From: Minisyncoccota bacterium
GTDB taxonomy: Bacteria > Patescibacteriota > Minisyncoccia > Phycocordibacterales > Phycocordibacteraceae
Direction: 5' to 3'
Assembly: GCA_035627655.1 (NCBI GenBank)
Contig: DASPLI010000001.1
Span: forward strand, 398,217 to 462,216
DNA: 64,000 bases
Positions within the stretch are counted from its first letter, which is position 1; every line of letters begins with the position of its first letter. A model generated the notes under the pieces. The model saw only the letters and a program-made list of their open reading frames with translations. It was not told the origin of the DNA and did no database searches. Below, in pieces: positions 26,582-34,633 of this stretch. The translations under genes were made by a program, and so were the position numbers.

Positions 26582-27538
26582 ATGAAATGGCTTGTTCGTC
26601 TGGCGGTGGCCTGCGCAGCCCTCGTGGCTGCGTGCGGTCCGTCGCCGGACACGGCTCGCCGAGAAAGCGAGCCTGCTCAACAGGAGTTGCGCGTCCCCGC
26701 ACTTACGGGACGCGTCAACGACTATGCGAACGTCCTGACTCCGGACCAAGAGGCGGCGCTTACGCGCCGTCTCGAGGCCATCGAGACTGGGACGCCGCTC
26801 CACGATCAAGTAGTCATCCTCACCACGCCTAATCTTGGTGGGTATGACATGGAATTGTATGCCAACACCGTTGCCAGAGCATGGCAGATCGGTCAGCGTG
26901 AACATAACAATGGCATGCTGATCGTTCTCTCGTTGGATCCGCGACGGATCCGCTTCGAGACGGCTGGCGGCGTACAAGACCGAATGACTGATGCGCGATC
27001 GTTCCTCATCCAACGACGCGAGATGATTCCTCATCTTGCCGAAGGGGAAGAGAACTACTTCGCGGCGCTCGACGCCGCGGCGGTCGCGACTGATGCGGTC
27101 CTTAGGGGCACAAGCACGGGCGATACGGCGATTGACTCTGGTCAAGATCCGTCCGTCCAGGTAGCCGGCCAACCACGCCGGTCACCGCTTGCCAACCTTC
27201 CACCGGGCGTCAGCATGGTGCTGGTCATCGGGGGTCTTATCACGATCCTTGTGGCCTTTGCATCCGGCTGGATTAGTCCGGTGACGGGCGCGGCTACCGG
27301 CGCTGTCGCTGCGGGTATCGGGGGATCTCTTGCCCTTGGTGCTCTTGCGGCTGGCGCAGGTATCGGCCTTGCGGTTGGTGCTCTTATTGGCCTCCTGGTC
27401 GCAGGAATGCGAGCAGGCGTCATTGACCCCTTTATGCTTCTGCAAATCTTCTTGAGTGGAGGTGGCGGAGGCGGCGGAGGATTCTCCGGCGGGGGTGGTG
27501 GCGACTTCAGTGGCGGCGGCGCATCGTCGAACTACTAG
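26582..27538 (+). CDS. TPM-domain (YgcG/TLP18.3-like) lipoprotein with C-terminal TM helix and poly-Gly tail
   Basis: GGAGG with a 5-nt spacer before the ATG. Lipobox LVAACG. The TPM domain contains RVNDYANVLTPDQEAALTRRLEAIETGT..VVILTT. TM helix MVLVIGGLITILVAF, then GGGGGGGGFSGGGGGDFSGGGASSNY. Confidence 0.7.
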   Translation: MKWLVRLAVACAALVAACGPSPDTARRESEPAQQELRVPALTGRVNDYANVLTPDQEAALTRRLEAIETGTPLHDQVVILTTPNLGGYDMELYANTVARAWQIGQREHNNGMLIVLSLDPRRIRFETAGGVQDRMTDARSFLIQRREMIPHLAEGEENYFAALDAAAVATDAVLRGTSTGDTAIDSGQDPSVQVAGQPRRSPLANLPPGVSMVLVIGGLITILVAFASGWISPVTGAATGAVAAGIGGSLALGALAAGAGIGLAVGALIGLLVAGMRAGVIDPFMLLQIFLSGGGGGGGGFSGGGGGDFSGGGASSNY

Positions 27539-27556
27539 GTCTATTTCCACAACAGC

Positions 27557-27595
27557 GGGCCGGAGCATTACTACGCTCCGGCTCGTTTCTTTTTA
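27557..27595 (+). terminator. intrinsic terminator after the TPM gene
   Basis: gccggagc-attactac-gctccggc followed by tcgtttcttttt. Confidence 0.75.
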
Positions 27596-27596
27596 A

Positions 27597-27622
27597 AAGG
27601 ATGATCCCGCGCGAGGCGGGAT
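27597..27622 (-). terminator. intrinsic terminator on the minus strand, about 200 nt downstream of the msrB stop
   Basis: The minus strand reads ggatcccgcctcgcgcgggatc followed by atcctttt. Confidence 0.5.
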
Positions 27623-27829
27623 CGGTGCCATACTATTTGCAACGGCGTCTTCAGACTGCCGCATAGTACTTACGGCGGCACGACTTCCGGCGATAAAGCA
27701 ACGTGTGGGACTATGCGCAGCCCATTGGATCCACCACACCGCTTCTTTGTATCAAGACGCCATCGCGTGGCGCCTGGAGCCATTGGATCCCGGGCGTGCT
27801 AGCGACTATACGACAGGGATGCACGTTCC

Positions 27830-28267
27830 TCAAGCGCCGGTATCTTTTTCAAATGAGAGACAGACCGAGTTGATGCAGTAGTGCTTCTGCACTGCACCGT
27901 CGCGTTTTTCATCAAATACGTGCCCGAGATGTCCGCCGCAGTGCTTGCAATACACTTCGGTTCGATGCATGCCGTAGGAGTCGTCCGGCCGTGTGCCGAT
28001 ATTCTCGGCAACCGCCGGATCGGAGAAGGACGGCCATCCTTGGAATCCCGGATCGCTGTCGGATGAGTCGAGTTTCTGTTTGGAGGTAAAGAGGATGGTG
28101 CCGCAGCCTTTACAGCGATAGACGCCTTCGTCAGTCGTATTGAGATACGCGCCGGAGAAGGGGGCCTCGGTCCCTTGTTCTCGAAGCACCGTGTACTCCT
28201 CAGGCGAGAGCTCTCGCTTCCAGTCCTCCTCGGTTTTCTGGAGGGGGTCCATAAAAATAGTGTACAC
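27830..28267 (-). CDS. msrB: peptide-methionine (R)-S-oxide reductase MsrB
   Basis: Two CxxC zinc motifs (CKGCGT and CKHCGGHLGHVF) and the SelR fold signature. 145 aa. Confidence 0.85.
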   Translation of the reverse strand: MYTIFMDPLQKTEEDWKRELSPEEYTVLREQGTEAPFSGAYLNTTDEGVYRCKGCGTILFTSKQKLDSSDSDPGFQGWPSFSDPAVAENIGTRPDDSYGMHRTEVYCKHCGGHLGHVFDEKRDGAVQKHYCINSVCLSFEKDTGA

Positions 28268-28277
28268 TACCGAAGTA

Positions 28278-28709
28278 ATGACTCGTCAGATTATTCTTGC
28301 GATCCTGATTGTGCTTGCCCTGATCGGTCTTGGCGATACCATCTATCTCTCCCTCAGCGCAGCAAGCGACGCCCCGCTCGTGTGCGATATTGGCGCCGGG
28401 CTTGATGGATGCAACATTGTTGCGCAGAGTCCGTATTCGCGCGTATTCGGGATTCCGCTCGCAGCAATTGGTGTCGTGTTCTACGCGCTCCTACTCGTGG
28501 TGTCTGCTGTACTTACGCGCCTCCAGCATCCGCTGTTGGAGCGAGGGCTTCGCTGGCTCACGATCGTCGGTTCCATCCTCTCTGTCGGCTTCCTCTATAT
28601 ACAGTTTGCGCTGATTCAGGCGCTCTGCATTTACTGCATCCTCTCCGCACTCCTCTCGTTTGCGGCCGTATGGCTTGCGCATCAGCTGAAGCCACCCGTG
28701 CTACCATAA
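28278..28709 (+). CDS. vitamin K epoxide reductase (VKOR) family protein
   Basis: Start at the ATG at 28278 (MTRQIILAILIV...). The track's earlier start would overlap msrB. Loop cysteine pair CDIGAGLDGC, CxxC active site CIYC in the last TM helix. Four TM helices. Confidence 0.75.
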   Translation: MTRQIILAILIVLALIGLGDTIYLSLSAASDAPLVCDIGAGLDGCNIVAQSPYSRVFGIPLAAIGVVFYALLLVVSAVLTRLQHPLLERGLRWLTIVGSILSVGFLYIQFALIQALCIYCILSALLSFAAVWLAHQLKPPVLP

Positions 28710-28715
28710 GCCCAT

Positions 28716-29849
28716 ATGGCGCGCCTGCTGCTCATCGCGCTCTCGCTCGGACTCCTGCCGATCTTCTCCTATGCCGCAACATTGCAAGCAGACGAGTCGG
28801 TAGCTGTTTCCGTTTCTCCGGCAGATAACGCCTACTTGTTTGGCGCGGACGTGCAGGTTTCCGCTCCGCTGCCCGCCGACCTGCTGGCGCTTGCAGGAGA
28901 GCTCGTGGTCGCTGCGCCGGTTGCAGGAGACGCGCTTCTTGGGGGAGGGTCGGTTTCAGTCTCTGCTCCGGTTGATGGAGATATCCGTGCGCTTGGAGGC
29001 CGGCTCTCGCTTGCCGCAAATGCCGGCGGCGACATTGCCGCGCTTGGCGGAACTATTTCGATCACCGGTGCCGCTGAAGAAGTGCAAGCAGCCGGCGGTC
29101 GGGTTGAGGTAACGGGTGGTGCGCGCGGTCCGGTAACTGTCTACGGCGGGGTGGTATCTCTTGGCGGCACGTTTGACGGAAACGTACGCGTGGTCGCATC
29201 AGACCGTGTGACGCTTATCGAAGGAACGGTCATCAATGGAACGTTTGAATACAACGCGCCGCAAGAAGCAGCGATTCCCGCTTCCGCCACGATTGCTGGC
29301 GGCGCTCGTTATATCGGCTCCTCATCATTCTTGCCGTCTGCAGAAGAGGCGCGTACGTTTGCGCTTGCGGGAGTCGGCGTGCTCTTTTTGGTACGCGTCG
29401 TTGCTGGCGTACTTGCCGCTGGCTTGCTGGTCGGCCTCTTCCCGAAATTGGCAACCATGATCGTTGAGCCGACGCTTGGAACACTGAACGAGTTTATGCG
29501 CCGGTTCCTTATCGGATTTGGCGCGCTCGTGCTCACGCCCATCTTAGTCATTCTCCTACTCGCCTCATTCGTTGGTATTGGTATTGCTGCAGTCGTAGGT
29601 GCGGCATACCTCCTCCTACTTCTCTTGTCTTACCTCTATGCTGCCGCGCTTCTCGGCGCACTCCTCCTTAAGGTTGCAGGCCGCTCGCTTCGCGCGTCCT
29701 GGAAGAGCACCATTGCTGGCGTCGTGCTCCTCTACCTCCTCGGCCTTGTGCCAGGCTTTGGGTTCTTCATCGCATTCTTGCTCCTTTCTGCCGCACTCGG
29801 CGCACTCTTGTCCGTTGGGTATACGGCAGCCTTTAGTAATCGTTCCTGA
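28716..29849 (+). CDS. secreted and membrane-anchored repeat protein (bactofilin-like beta-helical repeats; C-terminal polytopic TM region)
   Basis: Signal peptide, then about eight imperfect roughly 20-aa repeats (VSAPLPADLLALAGELVVAAPVAGDALLGGGSVSVSAPVDGDIRALGG...), then four or five TM helices. Confidence 0.5.
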   Translation: MARLLLIALSLGLLPIFSYAATLQADESVAVSVSPADNAYLFGADVQVSAPLPADLLALAGELVVAAPVAGDALLGGGSVSVSAPVDGDIRALGGRLSLAANAGGDIAALGGTISITGAAEEVQAAGGRVEVTGGARGPVTVYGGVVSLGGTFDGNVRVVASDRVTLIEGTVINGTFEYNAPQEAAIPASATIAGGARYIGSSSFLPSAEEARTFALAGVGVLFLVRVVAGVLAAGLLVGLFPKLATMIVEPTLGTLNEFMRRFLIGFGALVLTPILVILLLASFVGIGIAAVVGAAYLLLLLLSYLYAAALLGALLLKVAGRSLRASWKSTIAGVVLLYLLGLVPGFGFFIAFLLLSAALGALLSVGYTAAFSNRS

Positions 29850-29854
29850 GATAC

Positions 29855-30523
29855 ATGGCACGCGCGAAGCAGGCAGAGCGTCAGGCACGCGCACGAAAGA
29901 TAGTTGCGTACCTGAAGAAGGCATACCCGAACCCAAAGACGGAGCTTGTGTACATGACTCCGTTTCAGCTCGTGGCATCTGTCATGCTCTCTGCTCAGTG
30001 CACGGACAAGACAGTGAACCGGGTGACGGAACCGCTATGGAAGAAGTACAAGACGCCAAAGGATTTTGCGAAGCTTTCGCCTGCCGCATTTGATAAGGAA
30101 ATAGCTTCGATATCATTCCATCGCAACAAGGCAAAGGCAGTTATTGCTGCCGCAAAGCTCCTTGAGAAAGAATTCGGAGGAAAGGTGCCAAAAACGGAGA
30201 AGGAACTGGTTCGGCTTCCGGGCGTTGCATACAAGACGGCGCACGTAATACTGGGCGAGCTGTATGATAGTTGGGAAGGCATTCCCACCGATACACATGT
30301 ACGGCGATTCGCGCTTCGCTTCGATCTCACTGATCACACGGAGCTCACGAAAATCTCCAAAGACCTTGAGGCACTAATCCCAAAGAAAGACTGGCGGTAC
30401 GTGAACAATGGACTCGTACTCTATGGTCGCTATGTATGTCCCGCGCGGCCGCATGAGTGTCTTGCGCACCCACTCACCAAGCTCTGGCCGCAGGCTGCCA
30501 AGCGCTGGCCGAAGGCGAAATAG
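29855..30523 (+). CDS. nth: endonuclease III-like HhH-GPD DNA glycosylase, apparently lacking the 4Fe-4S cluster cysteines
   Basis: HhH motif LVRLPGVAYKTAHVILG (catalytic Lys) and the IPTDTHVRR Asp. The C-terminus has only two Cys (CPARPHEC) instead of Cx6Cx2Cx5C. Confidence 0.75.
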   Translation: MARAKQAERQARARKIVAYLKKAYPNPKTELVYMTPFQLVASVMLSAQCTDKTVNRVTEPLWKKYKTPKDFAKLSPAAFDKEIASISFHRNKAKAVIAAAKLLEKEFGGKVPKTEKELVRLPGVAYKTAHVILGELYDSWEGIPTDTHVRRFALRFDLTDHTELTKISKDLEALIPKKDWRYVNNGLVLYGRYVCPARPHECLAHPLTKLWPQAAKRWPKAK

Positions 30524-30826
30524 TACCAAGCAGCATTTGACGCTCCTGACGCACAGGAGTACGCTTACACTCAGTAAGTCCCAGCCCAGAGCAGGTCCCT
30601 TGCGGAACTCTATCGGGGGCGCCTGTAGTATCACCCGGATGTTCTCCCCGGAACTCCTAAAGTGATCTCGGGTGCATATAGATGAAGCACTGACACACCA
30701 CACGCTGGTGCGTCATTCTTGCCAGAGCTACAACTTCTGGAGCCTGCCCTCGGGCTGGGACTGAACCTTCTGATCTTTTTGAGGAAGCGCCTTATGGGCG
30801 CTTTTCTTATTTGCTACCATGGAGAC

Positions 30827-31516
30827 ATGGACCCTCGCCCCGTGGCCGTGTTCGATATAGACGGCACTCTGTTTCGCTCATCGCTCGTACTTGAGCTCAC
30901 CGAAGAACTTATCCAGCGCGGCATTTTCCCGCACGAAGCACGCTCCATTTACGAGGGCGCGAAAGAAGACTGGCAGAACCGCAAAGGGGAGTATGAACCG
31001 TTTATTCGAAACGTTGTGAAAGCGTTTGCTACCTATGCTAAGGGCGCATTGTTTGAAGAGGTATCCAATATCGCGGGAGAAATCATTGAATCGCACAAAG
31101 ATCGCGTCTATCGCTACACTCGCGACCTGGCGCACGCATACAAAGACAAAGGGTATTACCTGCTTGCCATTTCGCACTCGCCCAAGTTTATTGTCGACGG
31201 GTTTGCTTTTGAGCTCGGGTTCGATAAATCGTACGGCACCTACTATGAGACCGGCGCCTCGGATCGGTTTACCGGCACCATTCTCGACGAGCACCTCATC
31301 ATGAATAAGGCGAACATCCTCAAGCGCGCCGTCGAGAAGCATGAGCTTTCGCTTCACGGGTCTGTCGGCGTCGGAGATACGGAAAGCGACATCTCCATGC
31401 TCACTATGGTTGAAACACCTATCGCGTTCAATCCAAACCGCGCGCTCTATCGCCACGCGCTTCAGCACAACTGGAAGATCGTCGTCGAGAGAAAGGATGT
31501 CATCTACGAACTCTAA
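30827..31516 (+). CDS. HAD-IB family hydrolase (phosphoserine phosphatase-like)
   Basis: Start at the in-frame ATG; the track begins 36 codons upstream at 30719 (listed Met, implying GTG/TTG). Motif I VAVFDIDGTLF and motif IV GDTESD. Confidence 0.7.
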   Translation: MDPRPVAVFDIDGTLFRSSLVLELTEELIQRGIFPHEARSIYEGAKEDWQNRKGEYEPFIRNVVKAFATYAKGALFEEVSNIAGEIIESHKDRVYRYTRDLAHAYKDKGYYLLAISHSPKFIVDGFAFELGFDKSYGTYYETGASDRFTGTILDEHLIMNKANILKRAVEKHELSLHGSVGVGDTESDISMLTMVETPIAFNPNRALYRHALQHNWKIVVERKDVIYEL

Positions 31517-32321
31517 AGTACTCCGATTCCGAGAGACAGTACTCGACCACTACAAACGCCTCGGGCGTCATGCGCTCCCGTGGCGGAAGCATCATGATCC
31601 ATATCGCGTACTCGTCTCGGAGGTTATGCTGCAGCAAACGCAGGTAGAGCGCGTCATTCCGTACTTTGAGGAGTGGTTCCGTCTCTTTCCGACCGTTGAG
31701 ACGCTTGCTAAGGCTCCGCTCGCCAAAGTACTGCGAGCTTGGCAAGGTCTCGGCTACAACCGCCGCGCCAAGCATCTCCACGCCGCAGCAAAAGCGGTCG
31801 TGAAGGACCATAAGGGTGTCTTTCCGAAAACGCCGGAAGAGCTTGAAGCTCTTCCCGGGATCGGGCCGTATACCGCACGCGCGGTAGCGGCTTTCGCGTA
31901 TAACCAGGACGTGGTGTTTATTGAAACGAATATCCGCACGGTAGTGACGCATCATTTCTTTCCTGGTGCGGGGAAGGTGGACGACAAAGAGATCATGCCG
32001 CTTCTCCAAGAGGCACTCCCGAAGGGTCGTGCACGCGAATGGTATTCAGCGCTCATGGACTACGGAAGCCATCTGAAGCGCTCCGGTATTCGTATCAATG
32101 CTCGCGCCAAGTCGTACACCAAGCAGTCCACTTTTGCCGGAAGTAGCCGCGAAGCGCGTGGCGCCATTCTCAAAGCGCTTGCCAAGGGTCCGCGAGATAG
32201 CGCCTTTCTTATAGAAATTCTTGGCCCGTCACGGCGGACACAGGTGAAGAGTCAGCTGGCGACACTTACCAAAGAGGGAATGATCGAGCTTGCGGGAGGG
32301 AGGTTTCGCCTTCCACGATAA
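31497..32321 (+). CDS. MutY-like adenine DNA glycosylase catalytic domain (HhH-GPD), no Fe-S cluster motif, no NUDIX-like C-terminal domain
   Basis: Start at the ATG at 31497, overlapping the HAD gene's last 20 nt. MSSTNSKVLRFRETVLDHYKRLGRHALPWRKHHDPYRVLVSEVMLQQTQVERV matches the MutY N-terminus. HhH LEALPGIGPYTARAVAAFAY. No cysteines in the C-terminal region. Confidence 0.65.
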   Translation: MSSTNSKVLRFRETVLDHYKRLGRHALPWRKHHDPYRVLVSEVMLQQTQVERVIPYFEEWFRLFPTVETLAKAPLAKVLRAWQGLGYNRRAKHLHAAAKAVVKDHKGVFPKTPEELEALPGIGPYTARAVAAFAYNQDVVFIETNIRTVVTHHFFPGAGKVDDKEIMPLLQEALPKGRAREWYSALMDYGSHLKRSGIRINARAKSYTKQSTFAGSSREARGAILKALAKGPRDSAFLIEILGPSRRTQVKSQLATLTKEGMIELAGGRFRLPR

Positions 32322-32356
32322 GAAAGCGCGGCGTCCAGGGGACGCCGCGCCGTAGT

Positions 32357-32554
32357 TCAGGAGATCTCAACGACATTTATGTCGATCGACTCGATGTCGT
32401 AGACACCTTCGTCGTCGGTCATGTCAGGATCGCCGCCATCATCCTCGTCTTTGCCAACAACGTTGACTATGATGAGGTCTTTCAGGCGTTGCGGGTTTGT
32501 TTCAACCCACGATTTGATGAGATCAAACGCTTGTTCTTCAAGCGACTTGGCCAT
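32357..32554 (-). CDS. small acidic hypothetical protein (65 aa)
   Basis: AAGGAGG with a 5-nt spacer before the ATG (MAKSLEEQAFDLIKSWVETNPQ...). Asp/Glu-rich C-terminus. Confidence 0.4.
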   Translation of the reverse strand: MAKSLEEQAFDLIKSWVETNPQRLKDLIIVNVVGKDEDDGGDPDMTDDEGVYDIESIDINVVEIS

Positions 32555-32649
32555 GCATGCCTCCTTTCCTACGTGCTGAATATACCACATAAATATATAA
32601 AAAGCAAGCCGCCGCTTGGGGCGGCGACGTGCTTGTGTGATAGATCTGG

Positions 32650-34536
32650 TTAGACGCCGATCAGTACCGGGATCACCATCGGTGCTTTATTGGTCCTCGA
32701 GAAGAGGAAGCCAGCCATGGTGTCGGTAAGCTGATTCTTCACGTAGTCGAGATCGACTGGGTTCATGCCGCGGGTCGTGTCTTCGACGGTCTTCTTGATG
32801 AGAAGACGAGCCTGATTCAACAGGTCCTGCGATTCGCGCAGATACACGAAGCCGCGGGAAATGATGTCCGGCGACTTCCGGAGCTTGCCGGTCTTCAGGT
32901 GCACGGTTGCAATGATGACGAACATGCCGTCCTTCGCGAGCGCCTGACGATCGCGGATCACTACCTCCTGCATATCGCCGATAGCAAAGCCGTCAACGAT
33001 AAGCGGGGAAGATGGAACCTTCTCCTTGTGGATGTTGAGGGTCTTGCCTTCGATCATGTCGATCACCATGCCGTTATCGGCAACGATGATTTCTTCGCGC
33101 GGGCGCCCGGCCTGCTCGACTGCCTTTGCGTGGCATGAGGTCATCGAGTAGTAGCCGTAGGCAGGCATGAAGAACTTCGCGCCGACCTGCTGGTTGATCC
33201 AGACGAGCTCGCCTGAGTTTCCGTGTCCGGTCGAGTGCACGTCGGATGAGCGGTAGTGGATTAGGGTGACGCCGTTGCGGTAGAGGTTGTCCTTGAGGCG
33301 CTGCACGTTGATCTCGTTGCCGGGAATCACGGACGAGGAGAGCACGATCGTGTCGCGATTGGTAAGCGTGATCGACTTGTGCTGCTTGGTTGCGATGCGC
33401 ATAAGCGCGGCAAATTCCTCGCCCTGCGCGCCGGTCGCAAGAATTACGATCTTGTCGGCAGGGTAGTCGCCGATTTCCTGTGCGGGAATAACGGTCGACT
33501 TATCAACCTTCAAGAGACCGGTCTTCTGTGCGATCTCAAGGTTCGTGCGGATCGAGCGGCCTTCAAGCACGACCTTCTTACCAAGCTTCTCGGAAACCTG
33601 GATGATGTGCACCATGCGCTCAAACTGAGACGCAAAGGTGCCGATAATGAGACGTCCCGAGACCGTCTTGATGATGTCTTCAAGCGTCTGGTGGACTTTC
33701 TTTTCCGGTACGGAGAAGCCGTCGCGTTCCGCATTCGTGGAGTCGGCGATGAAGATAAGGTTGTTGTCCTTACCGATCTCGCCCCACTTCTTCGCTTCAT
33801 GCTCGGCAGGAACCCCATTCTCGTGGTCGAGCTTGAGGTCGCCGGTTGCAACGACGTTGCCCCACGGCGTCTCAATTGAGATGCCCATGGAATCTGGAAT
33901 CGAGTGGGTCACCGGGAAGAACTTCACGCGATGCGATCCGATGGTGACCGTTGAGTTTGGCTCAACGACGCGCAGATCGAGTTTCGGCATCTCAGGATAT
34001 TCTTCTTGGCGCTTGGCGATCATGACCGCAGAAAGGTTCTGGGTGTAGATCGGCGGATTGCCGAAGCGGCCCATTAGAAATGGAATGCCGCCGATATGGT
34101 CGAGGTGGCCGTGCGTGATGAAGACTGCGCGGACGCGATCCTGGTTCACCTCAAGATACTTCGTGTTCGGGAGTACGTAGTCGATACCCGGGTTGGAGTC
34201 TTCTGATACGAACTGGAAGCCCGCATCGCAGACGAAGATGTCATTGCCGCTTTCAACGGCGAACATGTTGCGACCCACTTCCTCAACGCCACCAAGTGGA
34301 ATGACGCGCACCGTCTTTTCATCGACGGGTGCAGGGAAGTAGTCGGCACGAGGCTTCGGAGCCGCCGTATTGCTTGGCGGGCGGCGCATGCCGCGATCCC
34401 GTCCGCCGCGACCGCGACCGCGTGAGCGATCACGAGAGCCGCGTCCTGGACGGCGATCTCCATCACGCCGTGGTGGGCGTGAGCTGGGGGCTGGCCGCGA
34501 CATCGGGGCCGGAGCCGGAGCTGGTGCTGGAGTCAT
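32650..34536 (-). CDS. rnj: ribonuclease J (metallo-beta-lactamase/beta-CASP) with RG-rich N-terminal extension
   Basis: HGHLDHIGG motif, beta-CASP and C-terminal domains. The N-terminal roughly 55 aa are MTPAPAPAPAPMSRPAPSSRPPRRDGDRRPGRGSRDRSRGRGRGGRDRGMRRPP. Confidence 0.9.
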   Translation of the reverse strand: MTPAPAPAPAPMSRPAPSSRPPRRDGDRRPGRGSRDRSRGRGRGGRDRGMRRPPSNTAAPKPRADYFPAPVDEKTVRVIPLGGVEEVGRNMFAVESGNDIFVCDAGFQFVSEDSNPGIDYVLPNTKYLEVNQDRVRAVFITHGHLDHIGGIPFLMGRFGNPPIYTQNLSAVMIAKRQEEYPEMPKLDLRVVEPNSTVTIGSHRVKFFPVTHSIPDSMGISIETPWGNVVATGDLKLDHENGVPAEHEAKKWGEIGKDNNLIFIADSTNAERDGFSVPEKKVHQTLEDIIKTVSGRLIIGTFASQFERMVHIIQVSEKLGKKVVLEGRSIRTNLEIAQKTGLLKVDKSTVIPAQEIGDYPADKIVILATGAQGEEFAALMRIATKQHKSITLTNRDTIVLSSSVIPGNEINVQRLKDNLYRNGVTLIHYRSSDVHSTGHGNSGELVWINQQVGAKFFMPAYGYYSMTSCHAKAVEQAGRPREEIIVADNGMVIDMIEGKTLNIHKEKVPSSPLIVDGFAIGDMQEVVIRDRQALAKDGMFVIIATVHLKTGKLRKSPDIISRGFVYLRESQDLLNQARLLIKKTVEDTTRGMNPVDLDYVKNQLTDTMAGFLFSRTNKAPMVIPVLIGV

Positions 34537-34633
34537 AAACCTAAATAAAGTTTAATTCTTACTAATTGTTTGCACATGCACTGACGTGCAATCGATAACC
34601 CAGAGCTACTCGTACTATACCAGTAGCCCCGCG

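Noticed and set aside
25994-27172. Minus-strand 392-aa ORF
   Set aside because: Antisense to LemA and TPM. It is Arg-rich nonsense typical of high-GC antisense frames.
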